Notes under the pieces: model-generated
Told to the model about the DNA's origin: nothing
Seen by the model: the letters and a program-made list of their open reading frames with translations, nothing else
Database searches by the model: none
Position numbers and translations under genes: made by a program
NCBI GenBank assembly: GCA_038231275.1
Contig: JBBRLQ010000017.1
Span: 96,001 to 160,000 of the forward strand
DNA: 64,000 bases
Direction: 5' to 3'
DNA from: Polyangiales bacterium
Lineage (GTDB): Bacteria; Myxococcota_A; Polyangia; Polyangiales; Polyangiaceae
Shown: positions 11,066 to 20,686 of the stretch, in pieces
Numbering within the stretch: position 1 is the first letter of the stretch
Layout: every line of letters starts with the position of its first letter

Positions 11066-12769
11066 TCAATCCGCCATCGTGACGCGGAGGATCTCCTCCG
11101 TCGTCGTCATGCCGTCCAGCACCTTCTGGATGCCGCTCTGACGCAGCGTCAGCATGCCGCTGCGGATCGCGCCGGCCTTGAGCTCGGCGGTGCTCGAGCC
11201 CTGGAGGACCATCTCCTTGAGGCCGTCGGTGAACTTCATGACCTCGTAGAGGGCGATGCGGCCCTTGTAGCCGGTGCCGTTGCACGTGCGGCAACCGACG
11301 CCCTTCATGAGCTTCGCCTTGTTGATCTGCTCCTGCGAGAAGCCGAGCTCTGCCAGGACCTGCTTCTCGAGCGCAGGCATCGCCTGCTTGCAGTCGACGC
11401 AGATCTTTCGCGCGAGACGCTGGGCGAGGACGAGGTTGACCGACGCCGTGATGAGGAACGGCTCGACGCCCATGTTGAGGAGGCGCGAGATCGTCGCCGG
11501 CGCGTCGTTGGTGTGGAGCGTCGAGAGGACCAAGTGGCCGGTGAGCGCGGCTTTGACCGCGATTTCCGCCGTCTCGAAGTCTCGAATCTCGCCGACCATG
11601 AGGATGTCGGGGTCCTGCCGGAGGAAGGCGCGCAGGGCCATCGCGAAGTTGAGGCCGATCTCGTCGTGCATCTGCACTTGGTTGATGCCGTGGAGGTTGT
11701 ACTCGACGGGATCTTCCGCGGTGCTGATGTTGTGGGCGGTCTTGTTCAGCTCCTGGAGGGCCGAATAGAGCGTGGTCGTCTTGCCCGATCCGGTCGGGCC
11801 GGTGACGAGCACCATTCCCCACGGCTGGTGGATCGCCCAAAGAAAATCGTCGAGCGGCTTCTGATCGAAGCCGAGCTTCGTCATGTCGAGCTGCAGGTTC
11901 CCCTTGTCGAGGAGCCGCATGACGATCTTCTCGCCCCAGAGCGTCGGGAGCACGCTCACGCGGAAGTCCATCTCTCGACCTTTGCCGAGCTTCAGCTTGA
12001 TGCGTCCGTCTTGCGGGAGGCGCCGCTCGGCGATGTCGAGCTGGCTCATGATCTTCACGCGGCTCGCGATCGCGTTCTTCAGCTTGAGCGGCGGCTGCAT
12101 CTCCTCGAGGAGCACGCCGTCGATGCGGTAGCGGACCCTGAGCTTCTTTTCGTACGGCTCGATGTGGATGTCGCTCGCGCCCTTCTTGATGGCGTTGAGC
12201 AGGATCATGTTCACGAGGCGAATGACCGGTGCGTCCTCGCTCTGCTTCTCGAGCTCGAGGAGGTTCATCTCCTCTTCTTCGCCCGTGAACTCGATCTCCG
12301 ACTCTTCGAAGCCGGCCATGACCTCCTCGTAGGAGGGGCCGGCGTTGTAGTACTTCTCGACGTTCGCGAGGATGGCGCCCTCGCTCGCGATCACCGGCTC
12401 GATGTTGTAGCCGGTGAGGAACTTGAGATCGTCGATGGCGTTCAGGTTCGTCGGATCGGCCATCGCGACAATGAGCGAGCTGCCGGCGCGGCTGACCGGG
12501 ATGACCTTGTGCTTCTCGCACTGCTCCTTCGAGACCAGCTTCAGGATGTCCGCGTCGATCTCGTACTCTTCGAGGTTGACCGTCGGGACGCGGTACTGCT
12601 GGCTGAGGAAATTGGTGATTTCGTTGTCGCTGATGTACCCGAGCTTCGCGAGCGTGTAGCCCAGGTTCTGTCCGGAGCGCTGCTGCTCGTCCTGCGCGGC
12701 GCGGAGCTGCGCGAGGCTGATCAGCTTCTCGCGGACGAGCAGCTCACCAAGTCGGTTCGAATTGGCCAT
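11066..12769 (-). CDS. pilB: Type IV-A pilus assembly ATPase PilB
   Basis: N-terminal RLGELL (MshEN-like), ASDIHIEP, GPTGSGKTTT, TAEDPVEY, LRQDPD, tetra-Cys Zn motif CVDC..CRTC. Confidence 0.95.
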   Translation of the reverse strand: MANSNRLGELLVREKLISLAQLRAAQDEQQRSGQNLGYTLAKLGYISDNEITNFLSQQYRVPTVNLEEYEIDADILKLVSKEQCEKHKVIPVSRAGSSLIVAMADPTNLNAIDDLKFLTGYNIEPVIASEGAILANVEKYYNAGPSYEEVMAGFEESEIEFTGEEEEMNLLELEKQSEDAPVIRLVNMILLNAIKKGASDIHIEPYEKKLRVRYRIDGVLLEEMQPPLKLKNAIASRVKIMSQLDIAERRLPQDGRIKLKLGKGREMDFRVSVLPTLWGEKIVMRLLDKGNLQLDMTKLGFDQKPLDDFLWAIHQPWGMVLVTGPTGSGKTTTLYSALQELNKTAHNISTAEDPVEYNLHGINQVQMHDEIGLNFAMALRAFLRQDPDILMVGEIRDFETAEIAVKAALTGHLVLSTLHTNDAPATISRLLNMGVEPFLITASVNLVLAQRLARKICVDCKQAMPALEKQVLAELGFSQEQINKAKLMKGVGCRTCNGTGYKGRIALYEVMKFTDGLKEMVLQGSSTAELKAGAIRSGMLTLRQSGIQKVLDGMTTTEEILRVTMAD

Positions 12770-12911
12770 CGGTCCTTTGGTCTTCGGGTTCCGCCGGGAG
12801 GTGCCGGTCGCGTGGCTCAGCGTACGCCGTTACGGGCGGTACGGCGTTAAGGGTCGAGTATCACGCGTGGTCCGTCAAGCATTGCCGACGAATCGCCTAT
12901 GGTATGCAAAC

Positions 12912-14090
12912 GTGGTGTTCGAACGGCTCTTGAAGTCGCTCCGCGGCAAGGGGCGCGTTGCCGCGGCGGCAAAGAAGGCGGAGCTGCGAGGGGACCTGCC
13001 CAAGGCTGTAGAGCTCTTCGCCCTGGCCGAGGAGCCGGGTGAGGCGGCGCGCGTCATGCTCATGCGCGGGGACGCGGAGACCGAGCCGCGCGTTCGGCTC
13101 CAGCACTACATCCAGGCCGCCACGACGGCGCCGGAGGAGCACGCGGCCCGTCGCGAGGCGCGCTTGAAGCGGGCGGAGCTGGTCATCTTGATGGCGGGCG
13201 AGGCGGCGATCAGCGCGGTCGCTCGTAAGGACGTGCTCGGCGCGGCGGCGGATCTCGAGGCGATCGGTGAAGAGGAGAAGGCGGCGCGCGCGTACGCGAT
13301 CGCTGGCGACATCGAGGGAGAGGCGCGCGCGCTCGTCGGCGCCGGGGACGTCGAGGGGCTCGAGGATTTGCTCACCGCGGAGCAAACCAAGGCGCGCGAC
13401 GACCGGAAGCGGAAGGACGCGAGCGCCGACGTCGAGCTCCTCGTCGCGTGCGGGCGGAGGCGCGAGGCGCTTTCGGCGGTGGAGGATCAGGCGCGGCTGC
13501 GGGCCGACGATTTGCAAGTGCGCGAGCGCGCGCACGAGCTGCGGGGGAGGCGCGCGGAGGGGCCGCTGGCGCGCGTGAACGTGCGCGATCGGCTGCTGTC
13601 GCTCGTGCTCGGCGACGAGATCGTGATCGGGCGCACGGACGGTGCGCTTCGCGTGCCGTCGAACGCCGTGAGCCGCAAGCACGTACGCATCGCGCGCGGC
13701 GCGGCCGGTGTCTTCGTCGAAGATCTGGGGAGCCGCAACGGAACGCAGCTCCACGGGATGGAGATCGCCGGAAAAATGCCGATGGGCGACGGCCTCGAGC
13801 TGAAGCTCGGCAAAGAGGTGGCGCTGCGCGTCGCGCCGAGCGCCGAGATGGAAGGCGCGATCGCGATCGATCTGGCGGGCAGCGCGTGGATCGCGCCGCT
13901 CGGCGCGGCGAAGCTCGGCGTCGGCGATTGGCGGCTCGAGCTGGCGACCGACGGCTGGGTCGAGCTCGTCTTCGGCACCCCGGAGGCCTTCGTGCGCGAC
14001 GTCGCGTTGGTCGCCCGCACGACGCTCCTCACGGGCGATGCGATCGGCGAGACGCGCGGCGGCCCTGCGGTCCTGCGCGTTCTCGGGTAG
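12912..14090 (+). CDS. FHA-domain protein with N-terminal helical/TPR-like region
   Basis: IVIGR..VSRKH..VEDLGSRNGT FHA signature; start codon uncertain (GTG 12912 or 12915). Confidence 0.8.
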   Translation: MVFERLLKSLRGKGRVAAAAKKAELRGDLPKAVELFALAEEPGEAARVMLMRGDAETEPRVRLQHYIQAATTAPEEHAARREARLKRAELVILMAGEAAISAVARKDVLGAAADLEAIGEEEKAARAYAIAGDIEGEARALVGAGDVEGLEDLLTAEQTKARDDRKRKDASADVELLVACGRRREALSAVEDQARLRADDLQVRERAHELRGRRAEGPLARVNVRDRLLSLVLGDEIVIGRTDGALRVPSNAVSRKHVRIARGAAGVFVEDLGSRNGTQLHGMEIAGKMPMGDGLELKLGKEVALRVAPSAEMEGAIAIDLAGSAWIAPLGAAKLGVGDWRLELATDGWVELVFGTPEAFVRDVALVARTTLLTGDAIGETRGGPAVLRVLG

Positions 14091-14110
14091 TGAGGCGAGG
14101 GAGCTCCCCG

Positions 14111-15292
14111 CTACCAGCCAGGCGGAAGTCGCCCGGCGGCCGTGCCCGACGGCGCGTCGAAGAAGGCGCTGAGCGCGAGATCGACCGCCTTGCTCGAGGG
14201 CGAGAGCCGGAAATAGTGCCGGTGCTTCGGATCGAGCTGGCACGGCGAGTCGCCGGCCGTCGCGCCGAGGTTGGCGAGGCAACCCCACGGCGCGTCGCCT
14301 TGGTACATCACATCGTCGACGTCGACCGGCGGCTCCGCGACGATTCCGAGCGCGTGCAGCGTCTCTCGCATCGTCGTGTACTCGACCTGACCGAGCGCCT
14401 TTCCGTCGGCCGAGAACGCGTTCGCGCGGCAATCCGGCGGGTGCGCGCGCGCCTGGAGGACCTCGCCCTTCTTGTGGCCCTCTTTGAGCGGCGTGCCGAG
14501 CGTCGCGGTGCCGCCGATCAGCGACGTGACGCGAACGTTCTCGCCCACCAGCGTCGCGTCGAAGGGCGCGGCGGGGAAGCCGACCTCGGCCGCCGCGGCG
14601 AGCCCGACTTGCGTGGCGCCGCCCGCAGCATCCGAGGCGAGCGACGTCGCCGCGAGGAGCCCGCCGACGTAGAGCGCCGTCATGTGGCCGCGCTGCGCCG
14701 GCGGAAGGGGCGCGCCTCCGCAGCTCCCGAACGCGCGGCCGTCGTAATAGACGAGGTAGAGCTTGTGCGGATCTTTGAACACCGACGACAGCTCCGCCTC
14801 CAGACGATCGCGGAGCATGCGCGGTCCCGCCGGCTCGCGCGCGGTGCCGTCGGCCATCGCGGACTCGAGGAGCTCGGAGCGGAGCTTCACGTACGTGACG
14901 TCGATGACGCCGCCGCAGGTGTCGACGCGGAGCTTGGGCCCGCTCGTGCGCGCCGCGAGCCAGCCGTTCCACGCCGTGACCGAGCGCCGGATCGATCCGT
15001 CGGTGTCGAGCTCGCGCGTCGCCGTGCGATCGTTTGGTTCGACGTAGAGGACGTGGAGCTGGTACGCGCTCCCGTGATCGTCAGGAAGATCGGCGGTGCT
15101 GCGCTTCCGCCGGTACATGTCCTCGGGAGACGCGCCGTCGACCGCCTCGCTGCATCCCTCCTTGATGACGCGCACCGTCGTCTTGTCCTCCGGCCGCAGC
15201 GGCCCCGTCGGCGGCGCGACCGGCCGCTCGCACGCGAACGCGACGAGGGCCAAGGGCAAGGCCACCGCGAACCAGTGCGAGCGCGCGATCAT
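14111..15292 (-). CDS. Hypothetical lipoprotein with zincin-like motif lacking the first His (RETLHALG)
   Basis: Lipobox VAFA-C; KLYLVYYDG..RETLHALG..DDVMY pattern. Confidence 0.6.
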   Translation of the reverse strand: MIARSHWFAVALPLALVAFACERPVAPPTGPLRPEDKTTVRVIKEGCSEAVDGASPEDMYRRKRSTADLPDDHGSAYQLHVLYVEPNDRTATRELDTDGSIRRSVTAWNGWLAARTSGPKLRVDTCGGVIDVTYVKLRSELLESAMADGTAREPAGPRMLRDRLEAELSSVFKDPHKLYLVYYDGRAFGSCGGAPLPPAQRGHMTALYVGGLLAATSLASDAAGGATQVGLAAAAEVGFPAAPFDATLVGENVRVTSLIGGTATLGTPLKEGHKKGEVLQARAHPPDCRANAFSADGKALGQVEYTTMRETLHALGIVAEPPVDVDDVMYQGDAPWGCLANLGATAGDSPCQLDPKHRHYFRLSPSSKAVDLALSAFFDAPSGTAAGRLPPGW

Positions 15293-15298
15293 GGCGAC

Positions 15299-15304
15299 AT
15301 GGTA
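15299..15304 (-). promoter_or_regulatory. Putative -10 hexamer TACCAT of a leaderless promoter
   Basis: TANNNT, 6 nt spacer, ATG 15292. Confidence 0.45.
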
Positions 15305-15346
15305 GGTCCCTCGGCGCGGCGCGGACAAGCTATGGTCGGGAGAGCG

Positions 15347-16573
15347 ATGGGCTTCTGGTCGTTCCTGACGAGAAAGAAGGGGGCGGGCGGGGTCGCGCCG
15401 ACGTCGACGCGCGACGAGGCTGCACCCGCATCGAGCGCCGATCCGTTGCCGCAAGAGATCGCCCAGATCGCGCGTGTCGGGAGCGAAGGAGGGCCGACGG
15501 TTGAGGAGGCGATCGCGCGCTTCCGAATCCTCCGGCAGACCTCCGACGAGGGGCGCGCCGTGCACGAGCTCGCGCGGCGGCACGGCGAGAAGGCGCTCCC
15601 CGAGGGGCTCGCGGTCGCCGTCGCATCAGCACTCGTCGATCGCGGCGAGTCGGAGCTGGCGCTCAAGATCCTCGCGGTCACGCAGAGCTCGGCGGCGCTG
15701 CTCTTGCGCGCTGACCTGTACGGCAACGCCGGCGACGCGCCGACCGCGCTCGCCCTCACCGAGCGCGTGCTCCTTCGCGATCTCGATCACCCCGGCGCGC
15801 GCGATCGACACCGGCGCTGGCGCGAGGCGCTGGGCTTCAAGGACGAGGCGAAGCGCGAGGCGCAGACCGGCGCCACCGTCGTCACGCGCGAGCCCGACGC
15901 GCCGTTCCTGCTCCTCCGCGAGGTCGCGCGCGGCGGCGCGGGCGCGGTCTACGAGGCGGAGGATCGCGAGCTCTCGCGCAAGGTCGCCCTCAAGGTCTAC
16001 CACCACGTCGATCGCGATCGCGCCCAGCTCGCGCACGAGGCGCGTGTCGCCGCCGAGCTCGCGGGGCCTGGCATCGTCCGCGTCTTCGACGCCGATCCGG
16101 CGCACGGGTGGCTCGCGCTCGAGTGGGCGCCGCTCGGCTCGGTGCGCGACCACGTGCGCGCGAAGGATCACGCGACGCTCGCGCCGCTCGAGCGCTGGGC
16201 CCTTCCCCTCGCCGCCGCCCTCGCCCGCGTGCACGCCGGCGGATGGGTGCATCAGGACGTGAAGCCGGCCAACGTGCTCTTCCTCGCGCCCGACGCGCCG
16301 CTCCTCGCGGACTTCGGCATCGCGCGCCGCGCAGGTGAGCCGAGCTGTCCGGGCAGCATCGGCTACGTCTCGCCCGAGCGCCTGAAGGGGCGCGCCAGCG
16401 ATCCGCGCGACGACGTCTACGGTTTCGGGCGATTGCTCGAGGACGTGCTCGACGCGCTCGGCGATCGCGAGCTCGAGAAGTGGCGGCCGATCGCCTCGGC
16501 GTGCGTAGGCCCCGACGACGGACGACCCGCCGACGCGCGCGCGCTCCTCACCCGCTTGCGCGTCGAAGCGTAG
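15347..16573 (+). CDS. Hanks-type Ser/Thr protein kinase with N-terminal TPR-like region (non-RD)
   Basis: ARGGAGAVY, VALK, HQDVKPAN, ADFG, GYVSPE, DVYGFG. Confidence 0.88.
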   Translation: MGFWSFLTRKKGAGGVAPTSTRDEAAPASSADPLPQEIAQIARVGSEGGPTVEEAIARFRILRQTSDEGRAVHELARRHGEKALPEGLAVAVASALVDRGESELALKILAVTQSSAALLLRADLYGNAGDAPTALALTERVLLRDLDHPGARDRHRRWREALGFKDEAKREAQTGATVVTREPDAPFLLLREVARGGAGAVYEAEDRELSRKVALKVYHHVDRDRAQLAHEARVAAELAGPGIVRVFDADPAHGWLALEWAPLGSVRDHVRAKDHATLAPLERWALPLAAALARVHAGGWVHQDVKPANVLFLAPDAPLLADFGIARRAGEPSCPGSIGYVSPERLKGRASDPRDDVYGFGRLLEDVLDALGDRELEKWRPIASACVGPDDGRPADARALLTRLRVEA

Positions 16574-16602
16574 GCGGCGCACGAACCGAGATTCCGGCGA
16601 GC

Positions 16603-17409
16603 TCACGGCCCAGAGAGGTGCGTCGCGACCTTCGCGAGGAGGTCAGGCTCGCGAACGAAGAGGTCGTTGTGTCCGCCGCCACGGACGTGGACGAAGCGCG
16701 CGCCGGCGATCTCTCGCGCGACCTCCTGGCCCATCCAGAAGGGCACCACGGCGTCGGCGTCGCCGTGCACGACGAGCGTAGGCGCGCGAATCTCTGCGCA
16801 CTTGGCGCGCGTGTCGAAGACGTCTTTCACGATGACGCTCGCAGGAAGGATCGGTGCATGGCTCTGCACCGTCGCGGTCATCGACGTGAACGGTGTCACC
16901 AGCACGAGCGACGCGATGGCGTGGCGACGCGCGACCTCCGCGGCCACGCCGGTCCCGAGCGACGTCCCCCACACGGCCACGCGCTCGTCCGGCGTGCCGC
17001 GCGAAGCGAGGTACCGCATCGCCCCTTCGGCGTCGGCGTAGAGTCCCTCCTCCGAGGGCCCCCCCTCGCTGGCACCGTAGCCGCGGTACTCGACGAGGAG
17101 CACACCCAGCCCTCGGCGCGCGAGCGCGAGGGCGCGCTCCGAACTGTCGGCGATCGTCTCGCCGTTGCCGTGGAAGAGGACGACCGTGCGCGCGCCAGAC
17201 CTCGCAGGGATCTCGAGCGCCTGCACGGCCACGCCGTCGCTCGCCGGAAAGAAGACGAGCGACGCGCCAGGCGGCGGCGTCACCACACTCAGGCGCGGCG
17301 CCGGAAAAACGAACGACCTGCAGAGGAGTCGTGCGAGGAGCACGGTGCCCCCGTACGCGACCACGATGCCCAGCGCGATTCGCGCGAGCCGCAACTGCCA
17401 AGGTGCCAC
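16603..17409 (-). CDS. Alpha/beta hydrolase (ABHD17/Bem46-like)
   Basis: FHGNGE, EYRGYG, nucleophile GTSLG, VHGDADAVVP, GGGHND. Confidence 0.9.
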   Translation of the reverse strand: MAPWQLRLARIALGIVVAYGGTVLLARLLCRSFVFPAPRLSVVTPPPGASLVFFPASDGVAVQALEIPARSGARTVVLFHGNGETIADSSERALALARRGLGVLLVEYRGYGASEGGPSEEGLYADAEGAMRYLASRGTPDERVAVWGTSLGTGVAAEVARRHAIASLVLVTPFTSMTATVQSHAPILPASVIVKDVFDTRAKCAEIRAPTLVVHGDADAVVPFWMGQEVAREIAGARFVHVRGGGHNDLFVREPDLLAKVATHLSGP

Positions 17410-17415
17410 CCGTGA

Positions 17416-17421
17416 ATCCTA
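17416..17421 (-). promoter_or_regulatory. Putative -10 hexamer TAGGAT of a leaderless promoter
   Basis: TANNNT, 6 nt spacer, GTG 17409. Confidence 0.45.
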
Positions 17422-17467
17422 TCGCGCCGCGCCGAAACGATCTCCGGCCCTCGCCTGCGCACGCCGC

Positions 17468-17746
17468 TCACCCGCTCGCGCGCCTTAGCGTCGGCGGGGC
17501 GACCTCACCGATCCCCGCCACGCCGCCGATTTCGCGGACTCCGCTGTCGAGCTCGATCTCCGGCTCGAGCTCACGCGTCGAGATCGGCGCCGACGGGACC
17601 AGCATCGACGGATCGAGCCGGACGGGACCTCGAACGCGCTTCCTGAACGACAGCTGCGTGTCGAGCGCGCCCAGCTTCGCGCGCATGAGGGTCTCGTGCT
17701 TGCGGGTGCGAATACGCCAATCGAGGGTGAAGGTGCGGTCGGCCAT
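17468..17746 (-). CDS. Small hypothetical protein
   Basis: AGGAG upstream; fills an intergenic gap; no recognised motif. Confidence 0.4.
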   Translation of the reverse strand: MADRTFTLDWRIRTRKHETLMRAKLGALDTQLSFRKRVRGPVRLDPSMLVPSAPISTRELEPEIELDSGVREIGGVAGIGEVAPPTLRRASG

Positions 17747-17928
17747 GGGGGGCGACGACTCCTAGAGCAGGAGCCGGGCCACATGCCCCCACGCGGACTT
17801 ACTGGATTTTTTCATGGGTGGATCGCGAGTCCGCGCGACGCTTTCGCGACCCGCCGGACGCCTCCTCGCGAGCCCCCGCGCCCCCGGCCAAGTGGAGATC
17901 CCCCCCCGAATGCAGTAAAGCGGCGGGG

Positions 17929-19833
17929 ATGCGCTTCGTACCTTCCTTGATGATCGCCGGCGTCGCCGTGTCCGGCGGGGTCCTTTTCGCGTGCGCGACG
18001 GACCGGCCGGTCATTCCAGAGACCCCGGCAGATGCCGCCCCACCGGCGGACGCGGGCGTCGTCGAGGCCGCGCCGATCGACGCGCCGGTCCCGCTGGGTC
18101 CCATCACCGCCGATCTCCAGCTCCTCGATCTGTCGTCCCTCAGGGGGCAGCTCGACCCTATGACCGAGGTCGATCCGAACGGCGACACGCGCTCGTACGG
18201 CGGGCTCGAGGCGCTCGCGGGCTACTTCGCCAAGGATCGCGCGCAGACGCCCGCCACGGTGGTCCTCACGGGCGGCGACGTCGCCGGCGCAACGCCCGAG
18301 CTCTCGGCGATCTACGACGACGTGCCCGCGGTCTCCGCGCTGAACCTCCTCGGTGCCGCGGCCGCGACGTTCGGCCCCCACGACTTCGAGCGCGGCGACG
18401 CGTTCCTCGACGCGCGCATGAGCGGCTCGGTCTTCCGTTGGGTGTCGACGAACGTGCCTGGCATCGACAAGGCGCTCGGCCCGCGTGTCGTCCTCTCGTT
18501 CCTCCTCGTCGACGTCGCGCAGACGCGCGTCAAGATCGCGGTCCTCGGCCTCTCCGAGCCTGCGCTGGCGAGCCTCGTTCCGCCCGGCGCGCTCGGGACC
18601 GCGACGGTGACCGACGCCGTCGCCGCGACCAACGCCGCGGCCGTCACCGCGCGGGCTGCCGGCGCGCACGTCGTCGTGGCGCTCGCGGCATTCGGCTCGA
18701 CCGGAGCGCCGTTCGGTGAACCGGTCGGACCGCTGGTCGACTACGCGAAGAAAGTCTCCGGCGTCGACGTCGTGCTCGGCGGGCGCACCGATCAGCTGGT
18801 GAACCTGACGATCCCGCGCGACGGACGATCGATGCTCGTCCTGCAGAACCGCGACCGCGGACGCACCTACGCGCGCGTGAAGCTCCACGTCGAGGCCGGC
18901 GTCGTCACGACGTCGAGCGCCGAAATCGTCGAGCCGCTCGCCGTCACCTCGTCGCAGCTGACCGATCCCAACGGCAAGTGCGGTGGCGCCGCGCAGCCCG
19001 CGTGCCGATGCCAAGGCAGCGTCACGCCGGCGACCGATCTGCCGTGCCCGACCGGGTTCGCATGCGACGCGACGAGCGGAAGCTGCAACCAGACGGCGAT
19101 GGCGCCGGATCCCGCCGCGACGGCGCTCTTGAAGCCGTTCCGCGACGGCCTGACCGCGAAGCTCGACGCGCCCCTCGGCCGCGTCGACGTTTCGTTCGTG
19201 CGCGACGGAGCAGCGGAGCGCGCCGGCGAGGTGCCGCTCGGCGATTTCGTCGCCGACGCACTGCGCGATCAGTATTCGAGCGCCGGTGTGCGCGTTGCCC
19301 TCGTCGAGGCCGCGACCCTCACGTCGGGCCTCCCCTCGTCGTACGCGCCCGCCGACGCGAGCCTTCGTCGCCCGGGCAACGTGGCGTCCCCGTTCGATCT
19401 CGTCGCCGGCGACGGATTCACCGCGGTCGTGCCCACGGCGTCGTGCGTCGTGCGATCCATCTCCGGCAAGGTCCTGTGGGACGTCCTCGAGAGCTCGGTC
19501 GGTGCGATCCCCTCACCCTCGCCGGGGTTCTTGCAGGTCTCCGGCCTGCTCTTCTCGTACAAGGCGTCGAACGCAAAGGGCTCGCGCGTGCAGAGCGTCA
19601 CGCTGTCGGACGGGCATGACGTCCCCAAGGACGATCCGTCGCTCTACACGGTCGTCATGACCGACGCGACGAGCCGCGGCGACGACGGCTACCCGATGCT
19701 CGCCGAGACGCTCGCCACGCCCGGCCGAAGGCTCGTCGCCGACGTCGTTCGCGACTACATCGCGCGCGCGTCGGGCGGCGGTCCGAACGTGATCGCCGTG
19801 CCGGCGGGCGGGCGCATCACCAAGATCCCCTGA
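17929..19833 (+). CDS. 5'-nucleotidase/UshA-fold lipoprotein, metal ligands degenerate
   Basis: Lipobox LFA-C; GGDVAG, C-terminal domain GEVPLGDFVADA..GFLQVSGL..GDDGY; DxH, GNH and GHxH motifs substituted. Confidence 0.8.
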   Translation: MRFVPSLMIAGVAVSGGVLFACATDRPVIPETPADAAPPADAGVVEAAPIDAPVPLGPITADLQLLDLSSLRGQLDPMTEVDPNGDTRSYGGLEALAGYFAKDRAQTPATVVLTGGDVAGATPELSAIYDDVPAVSALNLLGAAAATFGPHDFERGDAFLDARMSGSVFRWVSTNVPGIDKALGPRVVLSFLLVDVAQTRVKIAVLGLSEPALASLVPPGALGTATVTDAVAATNAAAVTARAAGAHVVVALAAFGSTGAPFGEPVGPLVDYAKKVSGVDVVLGGRTDQLVNLTIPRDGRSMLVLQNRDRGRTYARVKLHVEAGVVTTSSAEIVEPLAVTSSQLTDPNGKCGGAAQPACRCQGSVTPATDLPCPTGFACDATSGSCNQTAMAPDPAATALLKPFRDGLTAKLDAPLGRVDVSFVRDGAAERAGEVPLGDFVADALRDQYSSAGVRVALVEAATLTSGLPSSYAPADASLRRPGNVASPFDLVAGDGFTAVVPTASCVVRSISGKVLWDVLESSVGAIPSPSPGFLQVSGLLFSYKASNAKGSRVQSVTLSDGHDVPKDDPSLYTVVMTDATSRGDDGYPMLAETLATPGRRLVADVVRDYIARASGGGPNVIAVPAGGRITKIP

Positions 19834-19840
19834 TCGCGCG

Positions 19841-20638
19841 CTACTTCTTCGGCTTCGGCGGATCCTTCGGCGGATCCTTGGCCTTGCCGAGCTCCGGCAT
19901 CTTCACCAGATCTTCGATGTTGGGGACGATGACGATCTCGATGCGCCGGTTCTTGGCGCGGCCCTTGTCGGTCCCATTTCCCTGCGCCGGATCGTACTCG
20001 GCGTAGCCGGCGGCCGAGACGGCGTCGGATTTGACGCCCTTCTCGACGAGCAACTTCACGACGGCCACGGCGCGCGCGGTGGACAGCTCCCAGTTCGACG
20101 GAAACTCCTTCGTCTTGATGGGCAGCGTGTCGGTGTGCCCCGCGACCTGGAACCTTCGGCCGGTGACGCCGCGGAGCGCCTCGGCGACTTCTCCCAGCGC
20201 TGCCTTGCCGTCCGGTTTGATCTCCGTCTTGCCCATGTCGAACAGGATGTCGGTCCCCAAGACGAGGACGATCTGGCCGCGACGGACGGTGATGTCGAGC
20301 TTGCCGGCCTCGATCATCTTCTTGAACTTCGCGAGGAAGTCCTCGAAGAGCTTGAGGCGCGCCTCCGCGGCCGCCTTCTGGCGACGCAGCTCCTCGAGCT
20401 CTGCGCGCGTCGCGTCATCGGTCGCGCTGGCCTTGCCTTCGGCCTCGGCGAGCTTCGCGCGAAGGTCGTCGAGCTCGGCCTGCTTCGCCGCGAGCGCGGC
20501 CGCGTTCTTCGTCTCGGCCTCGGTCTTGTCCGTTCGCGCCTTCTGCCCGTCGGCGACCGCGGCGTCGTATTGGCCCTTGGGTACGCCACACGCGGTGAGC
20601 ACGGAGAAGAGCAAGACCGAGAGCGTCGCGTGTCGCAT
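19841..20638 (-). CDS. OmpA/MotB-family peptidoglycan-binding lipoprotein with coiled coil
   Basis: Lipobox LTA-C; ILFDMG..VAGHTD..NWELSTARA..GRAKNRRIEI. Confidence 0.9.
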   Translation of the reverse strand: MRHATLSVLLFSVLTACGVPKGQYDAAVADGQKARTDKTEAETKNAAALAAKQAELDDLRAKLAEAEGKASATDDATRAELEELRRQKAAAEARLKLFEDFLAKFKKMIEAGKLDITVRRGQIVLVLGTDILFDMGKTEIKPDGKAALGEVAEALRGVTGRRFQVAGHTDTLPIKTKEFPSNWELSTARAVAVVKLLVEKGVKSDAVSAAGYAEYDPAQGNGTDKGRAKNRRIEIVIVPNIEDLVKMPELGKAKDPPKDPPKPKK

Positions 20639-20645
20639 GAACCGC

Positions 20646-20651
20646 AGCCTA
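20646..20651 (-). promoter_or_regulatory. Putative -10 hexamer TAGGCT of a leaderless promoter
   Basis: TANNNT, 7 nt spacer, ATG 20638. Confidence 0.45.
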
Positions 20652-20686
20652 CACCGCCGCGTGCTCGGTTTCTGCTTTGGCCTCGT

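Noticed and set aside
19841..20638. Possible flagellar stator MotB
   Set aside because: It is a lipoprotein without the MotB TM Asp helix, and no motA or flagellar genes are nearby.
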